From an uncultured Collinsella sp. (GTDB taxonomy: Bacteria; Actinomycetota; Coriobacteriia; Coriobacteriales; Coriobacteriaceae): 64,000 nucleotides of DNA. Shown in pieces: positions 17,079 to 25,526 of the stretch (position 1 is its first letter; each line of letters begins with the position of its first letter). The position numbers and the translations under genes are program-made. Location: positions 25,287 to 89,286 of the forward strand of contig CALGZX010000056.1 of assembly GCA_937934165.1 (NCBI GenBank), read 5' to 3'. Under the pieces are notes generated by a model that had not been told where the DNA came from, searched no databases, and worked only from the letters and a program-made list of their open reading frames with translations.

Positions 17079-20000
17079 CTAGCGCTTACGGATACCCCAG
17101 ACCAGGGCTCCGACGCCGACCATGGCGATGACAAATGTCATAGGCAGAGCGGCGGCCTGCTGGTCACCCGTGGTGGGCAGGAAACCCTTGACCGTCTTGA
17201 CGATGTTCGTCACGGTCTTGGGCGTGCCGGGATCGGGCGTCGGCACGGGCGTCTCGGGCTTCTTGTACGCGTTGTTGAACACGATACCCTCGACGCTCTT
17301 GTCGCCCTTGGTAAAGGCGACGTTCGCCTTGAGGTTGCCCTCGCCGTCGTCGACCACGTTGACGGTCGCGGTAAAGACGGACTTGTCGTAGGTTATACCG
17401 GCCTCGTCGCCCTTGACCTCGCTGATGGTGTAGACGTACGTACCGGACTCGCTGTACTCGAACTTGTCGAAGTTGATCTTACCGTCGGCATCGTTGGTGA
17501 CGGTGGACTCGATGCCCTCGCCAACGAGCTTAAAGCTAAACTCGTCCTTCTTGAGCTCGCGCCCCTCGAGCACCTTGATGGCGCCGATGGAAACCTGCGT
17601 AGGCATGGCGTGATACTTGTTGGTAAAGCCAGCCGACTCGGTGGTTCCCTCGAGCTTGTGCGTCACGGTCAGCGTGCCATCGCCGTTGTCGGAGACGGTG
17701 GTCACGACGGTGTAGGTCGTGCCGTCATAGGTGACGCCCTTGTACAGGCCGAGCGCGTTGGGGCAAGCCTCGCGCAGTGTGTACGTGTGCGTACCGGGCG
17801 CCTCGTAGCGGATCGGGCTCAGCGTAACGTTGCCGTTGGCGTCGTTGGTGCCGCTGGCGACAACCACACCGTCCTCGAGCAGCTCAAACGTGAACTCGCC
17901 TGCTGCAAGGTCGCGTCCAGTCAGGCGCTTGACTGTCTTGACCTGATCGGTCACCACGGAATCAGTAGGAGTCACGCTATAGGTGTTGGTGAATGTGAAG
18001 GCCGCACCGTCGTCGCCTTCGCGCTTGACGCTCAGATGCCCGGCACCGTCGTCAGACACGGTGTAGGAAACCTTGCGCGTGGCGTTGGTGTCATTGGTCA
18101 CGCCAGGGGCACTACCGGACTCGGTCACCGTGTAAGTAAAGGTGTGCGAGCGCGGAGCGGTGGGGGCTGCGGGCTCGGGCTCGTCGCTGGGCTCGTCGGC
18201 GTTGGCATCGGTGTCGGCCTCTTCAGCCTCTGCCTCGTCGGCCTCGGCTTCGTCAGCTTCGTCTGCCTCGGCCTTATCGGTCGCATCGTCCGTCACGCCC
18301 AGAGCGCGGTTGAGGTCCTCGAGCGTAAAGTGGATCTTGCCAAAGTCCACGTTGCCAGCCGCGTCGTTGGTTGCGGTCGTGCGCTCGGGCATCGGGGCAC
18401 CAGCCTCGTCGGCGGTCACGGTAAAGGTGAACTTGCCCGTGATGTCAGCCGGAGTCAGGCCCTCGGCAGCTTGGAGCTTCTTAGTGCCGGTGAGCGCGGC
18501 ATCGACGGCTTCGGCGCCGTAGACGTTCTCGAACAAGGGCTCGACGCCGCCGTAGTCGACCGTTGCCGTCAGGGTACCGTCACCGTTGTCGACGACGATA
18601 ACCTTAAAGCCAAAGCTCCACGTTGTAGCGGAAACGCCATTCGGCAGCCCGAATAAATCTTCGTAGGCCGTGTAGTTAATGGTCCAGGCAAGCTTACCGT
18701 CCTTATCGGTACGATAAGCAAGCCCAGCAGCCTCAAGATTAGCAAGCATCTTGGTGTCGTAGTGCAGCGTATCAAAGCTCACGTGCCCGCCGATATTGGG
18801 CTTGAGGTTTTCGTATGCCACAAGCTCACCCTGATAGGCGATGCCGAACCAGAACTCGCCGTCGGCCATCGGGCGACCGGTCAGAGTCTTGGTGGCAACG
18901 ACCTGAGCAGCGGTGCCACCAGGCGTGTTGGTCGTAGCGCTGTAACTGTTGTGGAACGGCACCAGGGCCTTCTCGACCTTGTTCTCGCCACTCTTGTGGA
19001 CCGTCTCATGCGTGCCCTCGGGACCACCGGAAACGGTCGTCGTAGCAGTGAGCGTACCGGCGGTGTCGTCGGCGATGGCGATCGTCACCGTGCGTACGGC
19101 GTCATCGTAGGTGTAACCGGGCTGGCCGTCGTTCTTTTCGGCCACGGTGTACTTGAAGGTCTTGCCGGCGTCAGCCTGCGTAAATTTAACCTCATGACCA
19201 GCCAGAATGTCGATCAGTCCGACCGTTGCCTCTGCCGCTTCGGGGGACTTGAAGCTGTTGGCCCCGGGCAGCAGACCGAGCGCGCGAGCCGAGGCGTCGT
19301 CAGCAGGTGTCACGGTAAAGGTGAACTGGCCCTCGGTCATGGAACGGCCGTCCAGATACTTGCTGAGCCACAGACCGCCGGCCGCGGTGTAGTTAAGCTC
19401 AGTGCGGTACGTGTTGGTAAAGCGTCCGTTTTCCTTCTTGGTGACGTTGGCGGTCAGGTTGCCATCGCCGTCCTCGGTCACGGTTACTTCGGCGGTCGCG
19501 ACGTGGGAGTCATACGTCATGCCGATCGTATTACCCGCGTTCTCGCGGATCTCGTACTTGTAGGTTCCGGCAGCCGTGTAGCGAATCTTGCCGAACTTGA
19601 TGGCAGCGATGCCGTCCTCCGCGTCCCCCTTGCTCACGGTTACGGTTGCGGGATCGGGTAGCGGGGCGCCATCGGGGGCGGTAATGGTAAAGCTGAACTC
19701 GTCCCCATCCGTCCACTCGCGACCGTCGATGGCCTTGCTCAGGTCAAAGTCGAGCTCTGCATCGGTCGGGGTCACGCTGTAAGTGTTCTTGAAGGTCGCA
19801 GCCGTGGCGTCCTTCAGGACATGCTCAGCCTTGAGCGTGCCATCGCCCTTGTCGGTAATGGTGGTCTCGATGGTGTACTTGGCGTCGCCGTACGTGATGC
19901 CCTTGCTGATGGTTCCGCCGTTGACCTCGCGCAGCGTGTAGGTGTGCTCGCCGGCCTCGGTGTACTTCACGGCGCTCATCGTGATGTTGCCCTCGGCGTC

Positions 20001-23000
20001 GTTGATGCCGGTGGCAACGACCTTGTTGCCCTCGACCAGCTCAAAGGAGAACTCGCCGGCAGCAAGCTCACGCCCGGTCAGAACCTTGTTCGCGGTAATC
20101 TGGTCGGTGACGCTCGTCTCGACAGGCGTCACGTTATAGGTATTGGTGAACGTAAATGCCACATCGCCGTCCGGCCTGTGGGATACTTTCAGATTGCCCT
20201 TGCCGTCATCAGTCACGGTGAAGGAAACCTCGCGCGACAGCTTGGCGTCGTTGGTCACGCCAGCGACCTCGCCGGACTCGGTCACGGTGTAGGTAAAGGT
20301 GTGCTCGCGCTTCTCGGGCTTCTCGCCCAGAGCCTTGTTAAGGTCGTCGAGCGTAAAGGTGATCTTGCCAAAGTCGACCTTGCCCTTGGCATGATTGGTC
20401 ACGCTCGCGTTCGCGGGCATGGGTGCACCATCTTCACCGGTCACGGTAAAGGTGAACTTGCCGGCAATGTCAGCCGGGGTCAAGCCGTCGGCGACCTGCA
20501 GGTTCTTCTTGCCCACAAGTGATACCTCGGCAGCATTCGTGGTGTAGACGTTCTTGAACTCGATGCTCTTGACGTCCTTGGCGTCCTTCAGCTCGTGCGT
20601 GGCAACCAGCTGGCCCTTGCCGTTATCGGCGATGGTCGTCACGATGGTGTAGACCGCGTCATCGTAGTCAATACCGCCGGCGTTGCCCTTAACCTCATGC
20701 AGCTTGTAGGTGTGCTGGCCGATCTCGGTGTACTTGATGGCACTGAACGTCACCATGCCGTCGGCGGCGTTCTTAACGGTCTCGATAAGCTCAGAGTCCT
20801 CACCCTTAATCTCGCGCAGCTCAAAGTTGAACTCACCGGCCGTAAGGTCGCGCCCGGTCAGAGACTTGGTCACGTCAATCTTGTCGGTAACGCTGGACTC
20901 AACAGGCTCCGCAGTGTAGACGTTCTTGAACTCGGTCTCGTCGTCTTCGCTCCAAGTCACCTTCACAGCGGCGCTGAGCTCGCCCCTCTTGTTGGGCGTT
21001 ACCGTCACGGTGACCTCCGCGACGTTCTTGCTGTAGGCAATGCCGTCAACCGTGGTCCCGGCGTTCTTTTCGCTGACCCTGTAGACGTACGTGCCAGGCT
21101 CGGTGTATTTGATCGTGCCGAAGTCGATGACAGCCTTACCCTTGTCGTCCAGATCGTCCTTGGTCACAGACGCGGTCACGGGCGCTGTCGCGGACTCGGG
21201 TATCGGGGCACCGTTCTCGGACGTCAGCCCAAACTCAAACGTGTCCTCCTTCGTCCAGTCGCGGCCCTCGAGCACCTTGGTCAGACCAAAGCTAGCCTTG
21301 GTGTCCACCGTTGCCGGCGTCACGTTAAAGCTGATCTTGCCGTTGTTGCCCAGGTAGGAATTGACATGCGTCGCGGTCGCCTTGGCGGACACGTTGTTCC
21401 ACTTGGGGTTGAGAACGTCGGTCGCGGTACCAGTGTTGTTGCCGCCCACGCTCTTCTTGGTGGTATGGAGTTCGTCGATAAAGGCCAGACGCGCGGTTCC
21501 CACGCTAAACGAAAGGTTGCCGTCCTCGTCGGCAACAATAGCGCCGTCAAACTTCGCAGCGTCGCCGCCGATAAACTCGATGACGGCAGAGGCGGGCTTG
21601 GCCTCGCCGTTTTCGCCCTGCTCCTCAAACTCATCCTTGTAGTAATAGGTGCCGGTTTCTGCCAGTGAATTCTTTGCAGGCTGTGTGCAGTCCTTGTCCG
21701 TGTAAATGGGAGTCTGCTTCTGGAAGTAGTAGTAGCGGTTGGTGTCGGCCGGCTCAAAGGTCGCAACCGTATCGCCCAACGCACCACCGCTCCACTTGTT
21801 CGCAAAGAAGTTCACGGTCTTGGTGCCGTCAACGACGGTCGTATTATGCTCGATGTAATCCTTGAGCCCCGCTACCTTCTCGGGCGTAAACAGGTTGTCG
21901 AGTGCGACCTTCTTCACGCTCGAGGCATACTTCACCTGGATGGGCTTAACGGTATCGACCGAAAGCTTGCCGTCTACGGTCTTAAAGTGACTCAGCGGAA
22001 TCAACGACGCGGGAATGTTGACCGTTACGATATCGCCCTTCTGGGGATTGTCGTCGCCGGCACGCTGCGCGGTAATGAGCAGGTCTTTTGCCTTGCCATC
22101 GAACTCGTACGTATCGGTCTTGGTTTCTTTGTTGACCGTCTTGCTCGGATTGGTAAACGGCGTGCCGTTGATGACGACCTCGGTGAAGCTGTCGACCTGC
22201 ATAAAGTCGCCCAGCTCGTCGGTAAACGTGATGTAGCCGGACTTGGTCTCGTCGTAGCCCTTATGGATTTCGGTCGGATAAGGCGCCTCCGATGTGATGG
22301 CCTGCGAGATGTCGTCGAAAACCTTCTTGAGCTCTTCGGCATTGGTCGCCGACTTGTAGTAGTCGGCGTTTTCCGCGCGTGCACCATGAGTATCCCATGC
22401 CGTGGCATTGGGGTAGTTGCTCGAAACGGCCTGCATGAACTTGTTCTCTTTTTGGCTTTTTCCCGAATCCTGGATACCAGCGCTGGGATCCGCGCCATCA
22501 AAGATGCCGATAGTATAAACGGTGGCCTTGCTGTCCTTCATGTTCTTGGCAGCCGCCACGGCAGCGTTAGCAACCGTAGGATCAAACTTGTCAATTTTCG
22601 TTGGCGTGCCGTCGGTAAAGAACACAACAATCTTCTTGGCGTCCGCGCGACCAGAAGTGATACCCTCTGCCAGCTGCAGACCATTGTCGGCGCGCGTTGC
22701 ACCAGCGGGTGTAATCTGGGCAATCCTATGCTTAAGAGCTTTCACGTTGCCGCCGGAGCAATCGGTCAGGTCTTTCATAACCTGTGTGTAATTGTAGGTG
22801 TATCCTCCGTCACGATACGTCTCGTTGCCGATATTGTTGGACGTCTTGCCCGCAAACTTAACGATAGCAACCTTATGCTGCCTATCCACGCCCTCGATGC
22901 CCTCGTTTTGTTTGGCAATGGCGTCGATGAAGCTGCTGGCAGCGCTCTCCAGCGCATCGATGCGCCTGGTGGGATCTCCACCGCCCATCTCATGATCCAT

Positions 23001-23375
23001 CGAGCCAGAGGCATCCAGCACCATCACGATGTCGAGCGGCGTGGTAACCGTCACGGTTGAATTAGACGTCGAGGACATCGCCGAAAGCGTGGTCAAAAAG
23101 TCCGACTCTTCGTTTTCCTCGGTTGCCTTGACCGTCTTGTCGGTCCAGATTCGACCGACGTTTTGGGTCGTTACCTTATTGCCACCGTGGCCTGCCGCCC
23201 AGATTTCCCAGCGACCGCTGGTGTCGGGGTCGGCGACCTTTCCGGTCATTATCGGTCCGTCCATTCCTGTGCTGGACCTGGCGTTGGCCTCGGGCAGCAT
23301 GGCGAATGCTGCGGCTGGCAACACAAGCACTACGGCCAGTATCACCGCCAAGAGACCCCTCGTGTACTTACCCAT
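17079..23375 (-). CDS. LPXTG-anchored giant surface adhesin: signal peptide, VWA (MIDAS) domain, about 10 Spy0128/FctA-type isopeptide pilin-like domains
   Basis: 2098 aa. Signal peptide MGKYTRGLLAVILAVVLVLPAAAFA and MIDAS motif DIVMVLDASGSMD. Repeated units of the type LTGRDL(A/T)AGEF(S/T/N)FEL...NDA(D/E/N)G...Y(T/E)E.G.HTY.L.E...G(I/V)(T/D)YD..VYT(I/V)..T(I/V).D.G.G.L. C-terminal sorting signal LPTTGD plus a hydrophobic stretch plus RKR. Confidence 0.92.
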   Translation of the reverse strand: MGKYTRGLLAVILAVVLVLPAAAFAMLPEANARSSTGMDGPIMTGKVADPDTSGRWEIWAAGHGGNKVTTQNVGRIWTDKTVKATEENEESDFLTTLSAMSSTSNSTVTVTTPLDIVMVLDASGSMDHEMGGGDPTRRIDALESAASSFIDAIAKQNEGIEGVDRQHKVAIVKFAGKTSNNIGNETYRDGGYTYNYTQVMKDLTDCSGGNVKALKHRIAQITPAGATRADNGLQLAEGITSGRADAKKIVVFFTDGTPTKIDKFDPTVANAAVAAAKNMKDSKATVYTIGIFDGADPSAGIQDSGKSQKENKFMQAVSSNYPNATAWDTHGARAENADYYKSATNAEELKKVFDDISQAITSEAPYPTEIHKGYDETKSGYITFTDELGDFMQVDSFTEVVINGTPFTNPSKTVNKETKTDTYEFDGKAKDLLITAQRAGDDNPQKGDIVTVNIPASLIPLSHFKTVDGKLSVDTVKPIQVKYASSVKKVALDNLFTPEKVAGLKDYIEHNTTVVDGTKTVNFFANKWSGGALGDTVATFEPADTNRYYYFQKQTPIYTDKDCTQPAKNSLAETGTYYYKDEFEEQGENGEAKPASAVIEFIGGDAAKFDGAIVADEDGNLSFSVGTARLAFIDELHTTKKSVGGNNTGTATDVLNPKWNNVSAKATATHVNSYLGNNGKISFNVTPATVDTKASFGLTKVLEGRDWTKEDTFEFGLTSENGAPIPESATAPVTASVTKDDLDDKGKAVIDFGTIKYTEPGTYVYRVSEKNAGTTVDGIAYSKNVAEVTVTVTPNKRGELSAAVKVTWSEDDETEFKNVYTAEPVESSVTDKIDVTKSLTGRDLTAGEFNFELREIKGEDSELIETVKNAADGMVTFSAIKYTEIGQHTYKLHEVKGNAGGIDYDDAVYTIVTTIADNGKGQLVATHELKDAKDVKSIEFKNVYTTNAAEVSLVGKKNLQVADGLTPADIAGKFTFTVTGEDGAPMPANASVTNHAKGKVDFGKITFTLDDLNKALGEKPEKREHTFTYTVTESGEVAGVTNDAKLSREVSFTVTDDGKGNLKVSHRPDGDVAFTFTNTYNVTPVETSVTDQITANKVLTGRELAAGEFSFELVEGNKVVATGINDAEGNITMSAVKYTEAGEHTYTLREVNGGTISKGITYGDAKYTIETTITDKGDGTLKAEHVLKDATAATFKNTYSVTPTDAELDFDLSKAIDGREWTDGDEFSFTITAPDGAPLPDPATVTVSKGDAEDGIAAIKFGKIRYTAAGTYKYEIRENAGNTIGMTYDSHVATAEVTVTEDGDGNLTANVTKKENGRFTNTYRTELNYTAAGGLWLSKYLDGRSMTEGQFTFTVTPADDASARALGLLPGANSFKSPEAAEATVGLIDILAGHEVKFTQADAGKTFKYTVAEKNDGQPGYTYDDAVRTVTIAIADDTAGTLTATTTVSGGPEGTHETVHKSGENKVEKALVPFHNSYSATTNTPGGTAAQVVATKTLTGRPMADGEFWFGIAYQGELVAYENLKPNIGGHVSFDTLHYDTKMLANLEAAGLAYRTDKDGKLAWTINYTAYEDLFGLPNGVSATTWSFGFKVIVVDNGDGTLTATVDYGGVEPLFENVYGAEAVDAALTGTKKLQAAEGLTPADITGKFTFTVTADEAGAPMPERTTATNDAAGNVDFGKIHFTLEDLNRALGVTDDATDKAEADEADEAEADEAEAEEADTDANADEPSDEPEPAAPTAPRSHTFTYTVTESGSAPGVTNDTNATRKVSYTVSDDGAGHLSVKREGDDGAAFTFTNTYSVTPTDSVVTDQVKTVKRLTGRDLAAGEFTFELLEDGVVVASGTNDANGNVTLSPIRYEAPGTHTYTLREACPNALGLYKGVTYDGTTYTVVTTVSDNGDGTLTVTHKLEGTTESAGFTNKYHAMPTQVSIGAIKVLEGRELKKDEFSFKLVGEGIESTVTNDADGKINFDKFEYSESGTYVYTISEVKGDEAGITYDKSVFTATVNVVDDGEGNLKANVAFTKGDKSVEGIVFNNAYKKPETPVPTPDPGTPKTVTNIVKTVKGFLPTTGDQQAAALPMTFVIAMVGVGALVWGIRKR

Positions 23376-23427
23376 CGTGTCTCCCTTCTCGCGGTCTCAG
23401 ACCTTGCATCAGCCTAAAGTTACGAAA

Positions 23428-23508
23428 TGAGACACAATTAGGGCAGGTGACACACGTTCCAGATTTGATTTTGGGCGTGAGACAAATGTCTCACCAAAGT
23501 TGAGACAC
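23428..23508. promoter_or_regulatory. three TGAGACA(C/A) boxes, one as the palindrome GTGAGACAAATGTCTCAC, in the adhesin upstream region
   Basis: TGAGACAC at 23428 and 23501. GTGAGACA-AA-TGTCTCAC at 23477-23494, 50-130 nt upstream of the adhesin ATG at 23375. Confidence 0.3.
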
Positions 23509-23553
23509 GAGAGTTTTCGCAGGAAAACGGATGCGACTCGGAGCCAACAGGTC

Positions 23554-23761
23554 AAAATGATCCGTTTTCCTCCGTCCCCGGGGGATCAGTTGGTAACACT
23601 CGCCACGAAATCGGGCCATCTACTACGTTTGACTCGATACCCCCGACCATAGCCGCTTTTCATGAAAAACCGCAAGCGTTCTACCTGCGGTTTTCATTTC
23701 GCATTACTTGACGTGGTCGAGGGCTGCCGCCTAAACGTAGTAGATAGGCCCATTTCGTGGC
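23554..23761. repeat. leader module plus nested palindromic element (copy E3), a direct repeat of E2
   Basis: AAAATGATCCGTTTTCCTCCGTCCCCGGGGGATCAG, then CGCCACGAAATCGGGCCATCTACTACGTTTGACTCGATACCCCC..., the core AAAACCGCAAGCGTTCTACCTGCGGTTTT, then ...AAACGTAGTAGATAGGCCCATTTCGTGGC. Confidence 0.85.
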
Positions 23762-23792
23762 AGACGGGTCACGCGGCAGCCCTCGTGAGGCA

Positions 23793-24008
23793 AAAATGAT
23801 CCGTTTCCCTCTGTCCACGGGAGATCAAGGGCTGCTACGGATATGGTGCTATTTCAAAACTATGCCGGATTACGGGGCTAAAGTCGGAGTCCTCATCCAT
23901 ACAGCCTTTTTTTGAAAAACGGCAAGCAGTCTACCTGCGGTTTTGTTTTTGGGATTTTCTGTATGGTCGGAGGTTCGCTATCCAGCCCCGTAATCCGGCA
24001 TAGTTTTG
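23793..24008. repeat. leader module plus nested palindromic element (copy E4, E1-type termini)
   Basis: AAAATGATCCGTTTCCCTCTGTCCACGGGAGATCA, then CAAAACTATGCCGGATTACGGGGCT ... core GCAAGCAGTCTACCTGCGGTTTTGTTTTT ... AGCCCCGTAATCCGGCATAGTTTTG. Confidence 0.85.
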
Positions 24009-24039
24009 TTCGCGACGGCACAACCGCGCGTTTAAGCGC

Positions 24040-24073
24040 GGGGCCGGTGGGGCATTTTTGCCCCACCGGCCCC
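24040..24073 (-). terminator. strong stem-loop downstream of the hydrogenase operon
   Basis: GGGGCCGGTGGGG-CATTTTTG-CCCCACCGGCCCC, 11 nt past the stop of the last ech-like gene. Confidence 0.55.
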
Positions 24074-24083
24074 TATTCCAGCG

Positions 24084-24425
24084 CTATTCCGGCTTGGTTT
24101 CTACTGTGGGAGTCTTGTCCGCTGCGACTGGGGTGCGGGCGGTGTCCATAGTCAGGCAGTGCTTGGGGCAGCTCTCGATGCACTCACCGCACACCACGCA
24201 GGCATACGGGTCGATCGACCACGTTCCACCCTTGCGATCGACCGCAAGCGCGCCCGCCGGGCAGCGGCGCGCGCACATGCCGCAGCAGATGCACACGCCC
24301 ATGTCGTTGACGATATGTCCGCGCAGGCGCTCGGGCGCCGCGAGCTCCTCCTGCGGATAGCACACCGTTACCGGCTGCTTGACCATAGAGCCCAAGGCCG
24401 TCTTGGCAAATGTCAGCAAACTCAT
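24084..24425 (-). CDS. group-4 [NiFe] hydrogenase 2x[4Fe-4S] ferredoxin subunit (EchF/NuoI/HycF-like)
   Basis: Start trimmed to the ATG at 24425 (MSLLTFAKTALGSMVKQP). Two cluster motifs are present: CICCGMCARRCP and CVVCGECIESCP. Confidence 0.85.
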   Translation of the reverse strand: MSLLTFAKTALGSMVKQPVTVCYPQEELAAPERLRGHIVNDMGVCICCGMCARRCPAGALAVDRKGGTWSIDPYACVVCGECIESCPKHCLTMDTARTPVAADKTPTVETKPE

Positions 24426-24432
24426 GCCGCGC

Positions 24433-25521
24433 CTACCTTTCCGTGCAGCTAATGCAGGGATCAATGGTCAGGATAATCATGGGCACGTTGGCAATGAGCA
24501 CGCCCTGCAGCGCATGCGTCAGACCTGCCAGGTTTTGCGACGTCGGCGTGCGCACGCGAAAACGGTCCAGATTCTTGGTGCCACTGCCGCGCACATAGTA
24601 ATACGCCTCGCCGCGCGGCTGCTCAATCACAACCTCGCCGCGCGCGCCGTCGGCCGGCGTAAGCTTGGTGCGCCCGCCGATACCGTCGTGTGGGATCTTG
24701 TCCACAAGCTCCTTAATGATGTCCATGGCCTGCGTGACCTCGGCACAACGCACCTGGCAGCGAGCATAGCAGTCTCCATCGGTGGCAACGATGGGCTCAA
24801 ACGCAGCCAGGTCCGCATAGGCACCGTCGCCAAACATGCGCACGTCGTAGTCCACGCCCGAGGCGCGACCGAACGGGCCGACCATCGAAAGCTCCAGCGC
24901 ATCCTTCTTGCTGATCACGCCCACGCCATGCAAGCGCTCGCCGCAGCTGTCGTCGTCCAAAAACGTATGCACCAGGGCCTCGTAGTCGGGGCGCATGGCG
25001 TCAAGCGTCTGGACAATGCCGGCCAGCTCGGAGTCCTCAATGTCGTGCTTAAGGCCGCCGATCTCGTTAATCGAAAGGATCACGCGACCACCGCAGGTGC
25101 TCTCAAAGATCTTGAGTATCTGCTCGCGCAGGGTCCACGAACGATAGAACAGCGCCTCGAAGCCAAAGGCATCGGCGAGCAGGCCCAACCACAGCAGGTG
25201 CGAGTGAATGCGCGAAAGCTCATGCAAAATGGTGCGGATATACTGCACGCGACCGGGCACCTCGATGTCGAGCATGCGCTCGCAGGCGCTGGCATAGCCG
25301 CAGCTATGACCCACGGCGCAGATGCCGCAGATGCGCTCGGCGATGTAGCCAAACTGATGCATGTCGCGCTTTTCGGTGAGTTTCTCGAGCCCGCGGTGCA
25401 CAAAGCCGATCTGTGGAATTGCCTCGATGACGCGGTCGTCCTCGATCACCAGGTCCAGATGAAGCGGCTCGGGCAGCACCGGGTGCTGCGGGCCAAACGG
25501 AATAACGGAGCGATGTGCCAT
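24433..25521 (-). CDS. group-4 [NiFe] hydrogenase large (catalytic) subunit (EchE/HycE/MbhL, NuoD-like)
   Basis: 362 aa. N-terminal Ni-binding motif RICGICAVGH and C-terminal DPCISCTER (L1/L2 CxxC pairs) are both intact. The NuoD-like start is FGPQHPVLPEPLHL. Confidence 0.9.
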   Translation of the reverse strand: MAHRSVIPFGPQHPVLPEPLHLDLVIEDDRVIEAIPQIGFVHRGLEKLTEKRDMHQFGYIAERICGICAVGHSCGYASACERMLDIEVPGRVQYIRTILHELSRIHSHLLWLGLLADAFGFEALFYRSWTLREQILKIFESTCGGRVILSINEIGGLKHDIEDSELAGIVQTLDAMRPDYEALVHTFLDDDSCGERLHGVGVISKKDALELSMVGPFGRASGVDYDVRMFGDGAYADLAAFEPIVATDGDCYARCQVRCAEVTQAMDIIKELVDKIPHDGIGGRTKLTPADGARGEVVIEQPRGEAYYYVRGSGTKNLDRFRVRTPTSQNLAGLTHALQGVLIANVPMIILTIDPCISCTER

Positions 25522-25526
25522 GGACC

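Noticed and set aside
16937-17131. Small ORFs (60-90 aa) within the repeat-rich spacers flanking the adhesin (16541-16957 and 23163-24360).
   Set aside because: They overlap palindromic repeat elements or the ends of real genes, lack ribosome-binding sites, and have biased Arg/Pro/Gly composition. They are most likely chance ORFs.
23376-23575. Invertible (fimS-like) promoter switch for the adhesin, suggested by the inverted repeats AGGAAAACGG / CCGTTTTCCT at 23521-23571.
   Set aside because: The inverted repeats are only 10 nt, enclose about 30 nt (too short for a promoter segment), and belong to the repeat leader module. No site-specific recombinase is encoded nearby.
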